Source: an uncultured delta proteobacterium
GTDB taxonomy: Bacteria; Desulfobacterota; Binatia; HRBIN30; BPIQ01
Length of the DNA stretch: 64,000 nt
Assembly: GCA_963761335.1 (NCBI GenBank)
Contig: CAVXGR010000007.1
Coordinates: 32,001 to 96,000 of the forward strand
Direction: 5' to 3'
This document shows, piece by piece, positions 53,068 through 62,359 of the stretch. A program made the translations under genes and the position numbers. How positions within the stretch are numbered: position 1 is the first letter of the stretch; each line of letters opens with the position of its first letter. The notes beneath the pieces were generated by a model. It had not been told where the DNA came from. It did no database searches and was given only the letters and a program-made list of their open reading frames with translations.

Positions 53068-54387
53068 ATGACCTTCACAGCCGACCTGTTCGACTACAGC
53101 GGCCGCTTCGAGCCCGACTTTCGGCTCTCCCGCCTCTCGCGGGCGGCGCTGGCACGGCTCGGGCGGGAGTACATGCTCGCCGGGCACGTGCAGAGCCGGG
53201 TGATCATGCCTCTGGTCGCGACGCGCTTCGGACCGCAAGCGGCGGCGAGCTTCGCCATCGACGCCTGGAGAGCCGCCAGCCCGGTCTTCAACGCGCGCAA
53301 CCGGCACCTGCTGCGCATCGAGGGTGACGGCATGTCGGCCATCTTGAAAGGCCTCCAGTTCGATATCGGCGCACCGCACCAGTACATGGACTTCCGCTTC
53401 GAGCTGGTCGACGAGAGGCGCGGCTTCTTCTGGCTCGACTACTGCGGCGCCCTCGACGCCGTGTCGGCGGCCACGGGAAACAACCCGGTGGCGATCCGCC
53501 GCATGTGTCACGACATCGAGGACCCGACCTTCAACGCCACGGTGATGGAAGTGAACCCCCGCGCCCGCTGCCGCGCCATCCACCGGCCGCCGCTTGCGGA
53601 CGGGCACAGCGGACCGGTCTGCCGCTGGGAGGTATCGATCACGGAGGAAGCGGGAGAAGTCGAGGAGCACCCGCTGACGCGCGCCGTTCGCGACACGCGC
53701 GCCGGCCGCTTCGAGCTCTCGCCACCTGAACCGAGCCACGGCGGCGGCATCGACGACTACTCCGGGCCGTTCCTTCCGGACCTGCAGCTCGAGGATCTGT
53801 CGCGAGCGGCGCTGATCTCGCAGTGCAAGGAGTTCGCCCTCGACCTTCACTTGCTCGTACGCGCCGGCCACCTCGCCGTGCGAGAGCGCTGGGGAGCGGC
53901 GGCAATGGCGGCGATCGCCCGCGACCACTGGGCCGGCGCCGCGCCGGTCTATGGCGAGCGCATCCGCAAGGCCCTGCAAATCACGGGCAACGACATGGAG
54001 GCCATCCTCAAGACGCTCCAGGTCGATCCGGCGTTCCCCCATGAGTACGTCCGCTGCGGATGCGACCTCGTCGATCTGCGGCACGCCTACTTCTGGATCG
54101 AGGAGTGCGCGGCGCTCACCGACGAGCCGCCGCGCGGTTGGCTCGAGGTCCTCGACGACCCGGCGGCGGCGGGGCTCGATGCGGTCGTGGCGGCGGTGAA
54201 CCCGAAGGCGCGCTGCCACCCGATCGAGCCGAGCGAGGTCGCCGCGCGCGGCGCGCGACCACTGCGCGCCTGGCGCATCGAGATCGACGACGCCAATGAG
54301 GCGCTGCCGGAATCGCCGTGGTCCCGCGCTCCCCGCTCCTGCTCGATCGCGGGCTTCGTCTTTCACGCCAAGGAAGGTCGCGAGTAA
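53068..54387 (+). CDS. Hypothetical protein made of two homologous halves
   Basis: DYSGRFEPDFRLSRLSRAAL vs DYSGPFLPDLQLEDLSRAAL; AILKGLQFD vs AILKTLQVD; VNPRARC vs VNPKARC. Confidence 0.8.
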   Translation: MTFTADLFDYSGRFEPDFRLSRLSRAALARLGREYMLAGHVQSRVIMPLVATRFGPQAAASFAIDAWRAASPVFNARNRHLLRIEGDGMSAILKGLQFDIGAPHQYMDFRFELVDERRGFFWLDYCGALDAVSAATGNNPVAIRRMCHDIEDPTFNATVMEVNPRARCRAIHRPPLADGHSGPVCRWEVSITEEAGEVEEHPLTRAVRDTRAGRFELSPPEPSHGGGIDDYSGPFLPDLQLEDLSRAALISQCKEFALDLHLLVRAGHLAVRERWGAAAMAAIARDHWAGAAPVYGERIRKALQITGNDMEAILKTLQVDPAFPHEYVRCGCDLVDLRHAYFWIEECAALTDEPPRGWLEVLDDPAAAGLDAVVAAVNPKARCHPIEPSEVAARGARPLRAWRIEIDDANEALPESPWSRAPRSCSIAGFVFHAKEGRE

Positions 54388-54402
54388 TTCGCGGCGTCCA
54401 AG

Positions 54403-54457
54403 AGATCGGCGCCCTCACCCTGACCCTCTTCCGCGAGCAGTGCGGGAGAGGGAACCC
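54403..54457. repeat. Family D palindrome between convergent genes
   Basis: CCCTCACCCTGACCCTCTTCCGC...GCGGGAGAGGGAAC. Confidence 0.85.
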
Positions 54458-54487
54458 GTAACCGCACCGGCTCAGTAACCCCTCGGC

Positions 54488-55384
54488 TCATTCCTCCAGC
54501 AGCCAGCGAAAATAATTGTAGTGAATGCGCCAGCTCTCCTCGCCGTAGCCGCCGGCGAGGACGACGGCGAAGGGGATGCGCCGCTCCCAGAGCTGCCGGG
54601 TGACGAAGGCGTCGCGCGCCAGCATGCCCGCCTCGCTGACGTCGAAGTCGCCGAGAGCGTCGCCGGCGTATGGATCGCTGCCGGCGACGTACATGGCGAA
54701 GTCGGGGCGAAACTGCTCGACGATCTCCGGCAGGTGCGCCTGCAGCGCGGCGAGATAGAGCCGGTCGCCGGTGTGGGACGGCAGCTCGACGTCGCGGTTG
54801 TTCTGCTTGGTGATCCAGCACCAGTTGTTGCCGTGCATCGAGAAGGTGAACACCGACTCGTCCCCGGCGAAGATCTCGGCGTTGCCGTTGCCGTGGTGGT
54901 AGTCGAGATCGACGATCAGTACCCGCTCGGCGAGCCGATCCCTTTTGAGGGCACGGATGGCAATGGCGACGTCGGCGATGGCGCAGAAGCCCTCGGCCTT
55001 GTCGGCCTGGGCGTGATGGTAGCCGCCGCCGAGGTTGGCGCCGATGCCGCGCCGCTCGGCGGCGCCTCGCGCCGCCGCCACCGTCCCGCCCGAGGCGTGC
55101 AGGAACGGCTGCAGCAGATCGTCGCCCCACGGATGCGCGGGGTCGAGGAACAGGAGCCGCGCCAGCGTCTCCGGCCGGGCGATGGAGCGCAGGTAGTCGT
55201 CGGTGTGCACCATTCGCAGCTCTGCCTCGCTGACCGGCGCGGCGGCGGCAAAGTCGGCGGCGTTCGCCAGGCCCGCCTGCACCAGACCGTCGCGGATGCG
55301 CCGTGGCTTGGCGACGTCGAAGGTGTGGCGGATGCCCGCCTCGAGCACGTCAGAGATGTATTCGTCGCGATAGAAAAGACGCAT
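54488..55384 (-). CDS. Histone deacetylase family protein (start may be 55474)
   Basis: GGGYHHA, GFC, DLDYHHGNG, GSDP, LAGGY. Confidence 0.93.
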   Translation of the reverse strand: MRLFYRDEYISDVLEAGIRHTFDVAKPRRIRDGLVQAGLANAADFAAAAPVSEAELRMVHTDDYLRSIARPETLARLLFLDPAHPWGDDLLQPFLHASGGTVAAARGAAERRGIGANLGGGYHHAQADKAEGFCAIADVAIAIRALKRDRLAERVLIVDLDYHHGNGNAEIFAGDESVFTFSMHGNNWCWITKQNNRDVELPSHTGDRLYLAALQAHLPEIVEQFRPDFAMYVAGSDPYAGDALGDFDVSEAGMLARDAFVTRQLWERRIPFAVVLAGGYGEESWRIHYNYFRWLLEE

Positions 55385-55464
55385 GTGGGAGCGGGTGCCG
55401 AGCGGCGCCGGTGCACTCGCGAGCGGCGCCGGAGCTGCCGCAGAGACACCGGGTCCGAGCCTGG

Positions 55465-56253
55465 TCACCGGCATTCCCCTGCTGCCGGCAGCAGCGACTG
55501 CAGCGCCGCGTCGAGAGCGGCGCGATCGAGCCTCCAGTCACCCCCGGCGAGGCCGCGGCGGCATTCGCCCGCGTACCAGTCGGAATGGAAGTACTCGGTG
55601 AGCAGCGGCGACAAGGGGAACACCTGAAAACCCGGCTCCCAGCGCATCAGCCGACCGTTCGCATCGCGGACGGCACCGGCGGCGAGGGCGACCGAGGCGC
55701 GGCCCAGCGGCAGCTCGCCGATGTCGGCGAGCAGGCGTTCGAAGCGACCCTGCTCGCAACCGTCGAGAAAGAGGAAGAGGCGGGAGCGGTAGAAGATGAC
55801 GGCGTCGTGGAAGAACTTGGGAATGCAGCCGACGCCGTCCTTGCCGGTCTGGTGCGCCATGCGCGCCAGGACGCGGAACACCGGGCGCAGGATGCCCAGC
55901 CCCGGGTGCGCCTGCAGCGGCAGCGCCGCGCGCCCGGTCGTGAACACCGATGTCGGGTCCTCTTCGCGGAACCAGTACACCAACGCCAGGCTGAGCGAAC
56001 GCGGCATGCGGTAGCCGCGCTCGCAGAAGAGCTGCGGCGATACCGCCGTCTCCATGATCACCGCGTCGAGAAGCGTGAAAACCCGCTTCTCCTTGCACGC
56101 CGAGAGCCGGGTGTGTACCAGCCCGGTTTCGGGAGAGCCGATCTCGAGGCGGGGATCCCGGTACCCCTTGCGTGCCAGGGTATCCAGGACCCCCGCCTCA
56201 TCGAAGAGACGGAGCAGGGCCTGCTCGTCGAAGCATTCGAGGATTCGGCCCAT
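55465..56253 (-). CDS. Hypothetical protein directly upstream of the HDAC gene
   Basis: Coding-like GC3; LVYWFREEDP...LPLQAHPGLG...PKFFHDAVIF motifs. Confidence 0.65.
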   Translation of the reverse strand: MGRILECFDEQALLRLFDEAGVLDTLARKGYRDPRLEIGSPETGLVHTRLSACKEKRVFTLLDAVIMETAVSPQLFCERGYRMPRSLSLALVYWFREEDPTSVFTTGRAALPLQAHPGLGILRPVFRVLARMAHQTGKDGVGCIPKFFHDAVIFYRSRLFLFLDGCEQGRFERLLADIGELPLGRASVALAAGAVRDANGRLMRWEPGFQVFPLSPLLTEYFHSDWYAGECRRGLAGGDWRLDRAALDAALQSLLPAAGECR

Positions 56254-56272
56254 GTCCAGCCGAGGCGCGCCT

Positions 56273-56641
56273 CTACGCAGCGCGCCGCCTTCCACTTCCA
56301 GCGTGCGCCTTGGTCTCGCCGCGCTGCAGGCGCGCGTGATCCTCGAGCTGACGACGGGTGGCGCGGAAGGCATCGCGCAGCGCCACGTACACGTCCTCGT
56401 GGGCGTGGTGCTCGGCCGGCTCGCGGCGCACCAGCAGCTCGGCCCCCTTCACCGTCAGGTCGACGCGCACGTGAAATAGCTTGCCATGGTGATGGCGGCG
56501 GTGCGGCGCTTCGATCACCACCCGGCAGCCGACGATGCGCTCGTGAAAGCGCTCGAGCCTTTCCGCCAGCTTGCGCACCCGCACAGCGACGGCCTCGGAG
56601 GGGTCCATGTTGCGGAAAGTGATCTGCAGAGGCAGCTCCAT
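56273..56641 (-). CDS. HPF/RaiA family ribosome-associated protein (short form)
   Basis: LQITFRNMDPSEA, CRVVIE, FHVRVDL, DVYVALRDAF; GGAGG RBS. Confidence 0.9.
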   Translation of the reverse strand: MELPLQITFRNMDPSEAVAVRVRKLAERLERFHERIVGCRVVIEAPHRRHHHGKLFHVRVDLTVKGAELLVRREPAEHHAHEDVYVALRDAFRATRRQLEDHARLQRGETKAHAGSGRRRAA

Positions 56642-56995
56642 ATATCCTCCCTGCTTCTCCAAGGGCACGCCCACAATGGGCGCACCAGCAAGAGAGAAGG
56701 GGGCAAACGCCGAGCCACGCCCCCGCTTCTGCGGCTTTCAGGAAGCGACGCCCACAGAGGACGTCGAGTTCTCAACGCTGCGAATCCCCCGGAGGCCCCA
56801 TCGCCGAAAGCAGGAACCCGGCTTTGCCCAACGGGATGTCCGTTGGCTGCAGGCAGGTTGTTGGTTGCTGCGTTGTTAGGTTGCTAGGTCAGTTCACCAG
56901 TTCACCCCTTCTTACCAACAACCAACAACGCAACAGCCTAACAACCTTCGACGGTGGCACCGTCCGTTCGACTCGTTGGGCAAAGCCGGGGGAGA

Positions 56996-57760
56996 TTAAT
57001 GCCCTGCATGCCGGCGCATCGCCGGCGGCGCGGTCTTCTTGTAGCCGCTGGGGACCTTCATCAGCTCTGGCGGCGGCGCCTGGCGGGAGACCTCGAGCAC
57101 CTCGGTAGTAGTCTTGAGGCGCGAGGCCCCCCCGCCGAACTCGTAGGTGGAGCGCAGCGGCATCCCCTTGAGCTGCAGCAGCGCCTCGGCGAGCTTGGCG
57201 CCCGCGCCGCCGGTCCCGCCGAAGCCTTTGGCGAGGGCCGCAGTGTCCTCGGGCTTCACCGGCAGCTGCAGGGCATCGGTGATCCACACCGACCCGCTGA
57301 TCGGCCCCTGCAACTGATACTCCTTGGCCTCATAACCGGCGATCTTTTCGGTCTTGCCGGTGGGCGTCGCCTTCACCGGCTCGCTGCTGCCAGCCGGGTT
57401 CATCCCCATCTTGTCCATCATCTGCCGCGCTTCCGGGGGCAGCTTGGCCATCTGCTTTTCCATCTCGGCCCTGACCGCCTTCGTCTGCTGGTCGATCTCG
57501 TCGAAGGTCTGGGTGAAGTACGTCTTCTTCTGCTTGTTCGCCACGGTCATCGTCTTGCCGGCGAAGTCGATGATCACCCTCGTCTCCGGGCTGTCGGTGA
57601 CCATCGCACCATCCGACCAGTACTGGGTGCTCTCGCCGCTGCGGCCCGGGCCACCGACGCCGCTGCTGGTGCGCTGCCGCAGAATGAGGTCCTCGGCGAG
57701 AGCGCGGGTGGAGAGAGAAGCGCAGAGAAAGATGGCCAGACAGGCAATTGTTCGTCTCAT
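56996..57760 (-). CDS. Secreted DUF4412-like protein
   Basis: Signal peptide, TGKTEKIAGYEAKEY, VWIT, GMPL, KVPSGYK. Confidence 0.8.
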   Translation of the reverse strand: MRRTIACLAIFLCASLSTRALAEDLILRQRTSSGVGGPGRSGESTQYWSDGAMVTDSPETRVIIDFAGKTMTVANKQKKTYFTQTFDEIDQQTKAVRAEMEKQMAKLPPEARQMMDKMGMNPAGSSEPVKATPTGKTEKIAGYEAKEYQLQGPISGSVWITDALQLPVKPEDTAALAKGFGGTGGAGAKLAEALLQLKGMPLRSTYEFGGGASRLKTTTEVLEVSRQAPPPELMKVPSGYKKTAPPAMRRHAGH

Positions 57761-58024
57761 GTCGCTGGGTTATGACAAACCTTGGCGCAGATCAACGGCG
57801 CGGACTGGCTCCGCGAGCCGGAGGGGGGCGAGCCATGATTGCGCACTCAACCTACCGGCGCGCGCCTGCCTACTTTCTCATCTGGACCTGCCCATTGGGG
57901 CGGCAGGCTGGAGCGACGCAGCTGATGCTGCACCGGAGATCGGAGCGAAGGGGCAGCGGCATGGGACTTGCCCTGGCTTATTCAAGCTTTGAACCTCGAA
58001 GGATCTCGCAGTGGGCAGGTACAA

Positions 58025-59461
58025 GTGACAAGCGAGGGCAGCTCGCCCGCGGCGGTGCCGTATCACGAGTTCTACCTCGACGACTTCGCGCCGCGCGAGC
58101 ACTACCGACTGCTCTGGGAGCACATTCGCCGCACCGGCCAGAGCGCGCTCGCCGTCAAGGTGCGCGAGTCGGACTGGGCGCTGCGCACCGAGGGCGTCAC
58201 CTTCACCGTATACGCCGGCAGCGACGAGGGCATCGAACGGGTCTGGCCATTCGACCTGCTGCCGCGCATCATCACCGCCACCGAGTGGGCGCCGCTCGAG
58301 GCGGGGCTGAAGCAGCGCGTGCGGGCCCTCAACCTGTTCCTCGCCGACGTCTACGGGCCGCAGCAGATCTTCAAGGACGGCGTGCTCCCCGCGGGTCTGG
58401 TGCTCTCCGGGAAGGACTTTCGCCCCGAGCTGAGGGGCATCACCCCTCCGCGCGGCATCTACACGCACATCGCCGGGATCGACTTCGTGCGCGACGAGAA
58501 CGGCCGTTATCTGGTTCTCGAGGACAATCTGCGGACGCCGTCCGGCGTCTCCTACATGATCGAGAACCGCATCGTCGAGAGGCGCATCCTGCCGGAGTTC
58601 TTCGACCGCTATCGCGTGCGCCGCGTGGAGCACTATCCGGCGCTGCTGCTGCAGGCGCTGCGCCACCTGTCGCCGCGCGGCCAGGGATGCGCCGAGGTGG
58701 TCCTGCTCACGCCCGGCGTCTACAACTCCGCCTACTTCGAGCACACCTTTCTCGCCAAGGAGATGGGCATCGAGCTGGTCGAGGGCAGCGATCTGGTGGC
58801 CGCCAACGACATGGTGTTCATGAAGACGACGCGGGGCCTGCGGCGGGTGGATGTCATCTATCGCCGCATCGACGACGACTTCCTCGACCCCCTGTGCTTC
58901 CGCTCCGACTCGATCCTCGGCGTCGCCGGCCTGATCAACGCCTGGCGCGCCGGCAACGTGGCCATCGCCAACGCCCCCGGCAGCGGCATCGCCGACGACA
59001 AGGCGGTGTATCCCTTCGTGCCCGACATCATCCGCTACTACCTGGGCGAGCGGCCGATTCTGGAGAACGTGCCCACCTACCAGATGAGCCGCGCCGACGA
59101 ACGCGCCTACGTGCTCGACAACCTCGAGCGCATGGTGGTCAAGGCGGTGAGCGAATCGGGCGGCTACGGCATGCTCATGGGACCCACCTCGACACCCGCG
59201 CTGCGCGCCGAGTTCACCACCCGCGTGCGCGAGAATCCGCGGAACTACATCGCCCAGCCGGTGGTGCCGCTGTCGCGGCACGTCTGCTATCTGGACGGCG
59301 AGCTCGAGTCCCGGCACGTCGACCTGCGGCCCTTCGTCATCTACGGCGAGGACATCCAGGTCGTTCCCGGCGGCCTTACACGCGTCGCCCTCACCAAGGG
59401 GTCACTGATCGTCAACTCTTCTCAGGGCGGCGGCAGCAAGGACACCTGGGTGCTCGCCTAG
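58025..59461 (+). CDS. Circularly permuted type 2 ATP-grasp protein (start uncertain)
   Basis: PFDLLPRII, VLEDNLRTPSGVSY, NSAYFEH, YRRIDDDFLDP, NSSQGGGSKDTWV. Confidence 0.95.
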   Translation: MTSEGSSPAAVPYHEFYLDDFAPREHYRLLWEHIRRTGQSALAVKVRESDWALRTEGVTFTVYAGSDEGIERVWPFDLLPRIITATEWAPLEAGLKQRVRALNLFLADVYGPQQIFKDGVLPAGLVLSGKDFRPELRGITPPRGIYTHIAGIDFVRDENGRYLVLEDNLRTPSGVSYMIENRIVERRILPEFFDRYRVRRVEHYPALLLQALRHLSPRGQGCAEVVLLTPGVYNSAYFEHTFLAKEMGIELVEGSDLVAANDMVFMKTTRGLRRVDVIYRRIDDDFLDPLCFRSDSILGVAGLINAWRAGNVAIANAPGSGIADDKAVYPFVPDIIRYYLGERPILENVPTYQMSRADERAYVLDNLERMVVKAVSESGGYGMLMGPTSTPALRAEFTTRVRENPRNYIAQPVVPLSRHVCYLDGELESRHVDLRPFVIYGEDIQVVPGGLTRVALTKGSLIVNSSQGGGSKDTWVLA

Positions 59462-59481
59462 CCGCCGGGACGACCTCCGCC

Positions 59482-60456
59482 GTGCTCAGCCGTATCGCCG
59501 ATTCCATCTACTGGATGTCGCGCTACCTGGAGCGCGCCGCCAACACCGCACGCCTCGTGGAGATCAACCTGCTGCACCTGATCGAGGCCGAGGACACGCT
59601 TCCGGAGACGGCGCAGTGGCGACCGCTGCTGAGCATCAACAACAGTGAGGACATCTACGCACAGCTGTACGAGGGGGCTGAGGTGAGCGCCCGCCGGGTG
59701 ATCCAGTTCCTCACCCAGGACCGGCAGAGCCCCAACTCGATTCGCAACAGCCTGCGCCTGGCGCGGGAGAACGCCCGCGTGGTGCGCGACCGCATCTCGA
59801 AAGAGATGTGGGAGGCGCTCAACGAGCTGTGGCTGTTCTCCGAGAAACAGCTGAAGGCACCGCTGCTGCCAGAGCGCGCGGCGCGCTTCTACGCCGACGT
59901 GCGCAATGGCGTGGCACGCTTTCACGGGGTCACGATCAGCACGATGATGCGCGGCAATGCCTTCGGCTTCTATCTGCTCGGCACCTGCCTCGAGCGCGCC
60001 GACATGACGGCGCGCATTCTCGACGTGAAGTATCACCTGCTGCTGCCGAGCGTCGCCATGGTCGGCTCGCCGCTGGACTACTATCAGTGGGCCGCGATGC
60101 TGAAGTCGCTGTCGGGCTTCGAGGCGTATCGACGCACCTACCAGGCGGGCCTGCGGCCGGTCGACGTCGTCGAGTTCGTCGTCTTCGAGAGAGACTTCCC
60201 GCGCTCCCTGAGCTTCTCGACCGAGCGCATGGGCGATGCCCTCGAGAGCATCGGCCTGTTGGCCGCCGACAGCCCCACCGCCGCGGCCATGGAGAAAGTG
60301 CGCCGGCACCTGCGGAGCGCCTCGGCCGAGGAAGTGGTGCGCGGCGGCCTGCACGAGTATCTGCAGGGCTTCCTCGACAAGATCGAGGAGCTGCACGCGG
60401 AGCTGGCGCAGGACTACTTCGAGGCGCCAATCGGAGAAATACCGTGCGCTACCTGA
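59482..60456 (+). CDS. Alpha-E domain protein
   Basis: LSRIADSIYWMSRYLERA, ARENAR, LERADMTARILD, FPRSL. Confidence 0.95.
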   Translation: MLSRIADSIYWMSRYLERAANTARLVEINLLHLIEAEDTLPETAQWRPLLSINNSEDIYAQLYEGAEVSARRVIQFLTQDRQSPNSIRNSLRLARENARVVRDRISKEMWEALNELWLFSEKQLKAPLLPERAARFYADVRNGVARFHGVTISTMMRGNAFGFYLLGTCLERADMTARILDVKYHLLLPSVAMVGSPLDYYQWAAMLKSLSGFEAYRRTYQAGLRPVDVVEFVVFERDFPRSLSFSTERMGDALESIGLLAADSPTAAAMEKVRRHLRSASAEEVVRGGLHEYLQGFLDKIEELHAELAQDYFEAPIGEIPCAT

Positions 60457-61352
60457 TCGAGCACGAGACCCGCCTCGCCCTGCCCGGCAGCGTGCGTGAG
60501 CACCACTGCGAGCTGCGCCTGACGCCGCGGCAGGACGAGCACCAGAAGATCCTCTCGATGCATGTCGAGGCCGAGCCGACCGCCGCCCTGCACGAGTACG
60601 AGGATTGCTTCGGCAACCGCGTGCATCACTTCTCCATCCTGGCCCCGCACGACGCCCTGGTCACCCGCGTGCGCGCCGAGGTGGAGACGACTCTGGCCAA
60701 CCCCTTCGACTACGCGCCGCTGCCGCCCGCCGTCGAGCACACCTGGATCGAGGAGGCGATGCGCGCCGATCCGTGGCTGTGGATCTATCTGGTCCACCAC
60801 AGCCCGGCGACACCCGATCTGACCCGACTGCAGACACCCTATGCGTTTCCGCACTACGACACGGACGCCGGCGTCCTCGCCTCGGTGCTGGCGGCGCGCG
60901 ACTGGATCGCCGAGACCTTTCACTACGACGAGGAGAGCACGCAGGTGCACTCTCCTCTCGAGCAGATGCTCGAGGCGAAGTCCGGCGTCTGCCAGGATTT
61001 CGCCCACCTGCTCGTCGCCCTGGTGCGCAGCTGGGGAATACCGGCGCGCTACGTCATGGGTTACCAGGACCTCGAAGAGGACGAAGAGGACGCCGAGGAA
61101 GCCGAGGAAGAGGAGAGGTCGGCCGCCGAGCAGCCGCACGCCTGGGCCGAGGTCCTGGTGCCCGGCGCCGGCTGGCGCGGGGTCGACCCGGCGGCGCGGC
61201 TGGTGGTCAACGACCACTACGTTGCCGTTGCCGTCGGCAGGAACTACCTCGATGCGGCTCCGCAGCGCGGCAGCTTCAAGGGCGGCGATCAGGACGGCGA
61301 GCAGGAGAGTGCGAGCCCCGACGTGCGCCTCAGTCTCAGGCGCGATCAGTAA
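60444..61352 (+). CDS. Transglutaminase family protein
   Basis: YLIEHET, GVCQDFAH, IPARYV, HAWAEV, DP, GRNY. Confidence 0.93.
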   Translation: MRYLIEHETRLALPGSVREHHCELRLTPRQDEHQKILSMHVEAEPTAALHEYEDCFGNRVHHFSILAPHDALVTRVRAEVETTLANPFDYAPLPPAVEHTWIEEAMRADPWLWIYLVHHSPATPDLTRLQTPYAFPHYDTDAGVLASVLAARDWIAETFHYDEESTQVHSPLEQMLEAKSGVCQDFAHLLVALVRSWGIPARYVMGYQDLEEDEEDAEEAEEEERSAAEQPHAWAEVLVPGAGWRGVDPAARLVVNDHYVAVAVGRNYLDAAPQRGSFKGGDQDGEQESASPDVRLSLRRDQ

Positions 61353-61378
61353 TCTCTCCCGCATCGCAAGGAGACCGG

Positions 61379-62359
61379 GTGAAACGCACGCATGATTCGA
61401 TCCTGACGCTGGAGCTGCCCTACCGGGAGGAGCTTTCCATCCGCCGCACCATCTTCGACGGCGGGGGACGAGCGCGGGTCGCCGTGGTCGCCGGCATTCA
61501 CGGCGACGAGATCGAAGGCCTGTACGTCTGCCATCTCCTGGCGCGACGGCTCGAGATGCTCGAGGCGCGCTGCCCCGGAAGCGTGCGCGGGCGCGTCGAG
61601 CTGTACCCGGCGATGAACCCCCTGGGCATCGACACTCTGCAGCGCTTCGTGCCGGTGTTCGACGACGACCTCAACCGCAACTTCCCGGGAGCCCGTGAAG
61701 GGCTTCTGCCCCAGCGGCTGGCGGAGGCCGCGGTGCGGCAGCTCACCGGCGCCGATCTGGTGATCGACATCCACGCCAGCAACATCTTCCTGCGGGAGAT
61801 TCCGCAGGTGCGCATCGCGCAGGCGTACGCGCCGCGGCTGGTACCCTTGGCGGAGGGGATGAACCTCGACCTGATCTGGATCCACGGCGCGGTGACCGTG
61901 CTCGAAGCCACCATCGCCCACAGCCTCAACAGCACCGAGACGCCGTGCCTGGTGGTCGAGATGGGCGTCGGCATGCGGGTCACGCCCAGTCTGTGCGAGC
62001 AGGTGGTCACCGGTATTCTCGCCGTATGGCAGAAGCTCGGCGTGCTCTCGCCGGACGCGGCGGTGCCGCCGGTCACCCGCTCCCCCCTGATCGCCGACGA
62101 CAGCAACGTGTTTTACCTGAACGCCGAGAAGTCGGGCCTGTTCGTGCCGGAGATCGAGCACTGGATGACGGTCGAGCGCGACGATCTGCTGGGCCGCATC
62201 GTCTCGCCGTACGAGCCGGAGGTGCTCTCCGAGGTGCGCTCGCCGGTCGACGGCGTGCTCTTCACTCTGCGCGAGTACCCGGTCGTCTACGAGGGCTCGC
62301 TGATGGCGCGCATCACCGCACCCAACGCCGGATCGACACCGGGAGAGCAGACATCATGA
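61379..62359 (+). CDS. M14 succinylglutamate desuccinylase/aspartoacylase family hydrolase 1
   Basis: HGDE, LNRNFPG, IDIH, LVVEMG. Confidence 0.9.
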   Translation: MKRTHDSILTLELPYREELSIRRTIFDGGGRARVAVVAGIHGDEIEGLYVCHLLARRLEMLEARCPGSVRGRVELYPAMNPLGIDTLQRFVPVFDDDLNRNFPGAREGLLPQRLAEAAVRQLTGADLVIDIHASNIFLREIPQVRIAQAYAPRLVPLAEGMNLDLIWIHGAVTVLEATIAHSLNSTETPCLVVEMGVGMRVTPSLCEQVVTGILAVWQKLGVLSPDAAVPPVTRSPLIADDSNVFYLNAEKSGLFVPEIEHWMTVERDDLLGRIVSPYEPEVLSEVRSPVDGVLFTLREYPVVYEGSLMARITAPNAGSTPGEQTS

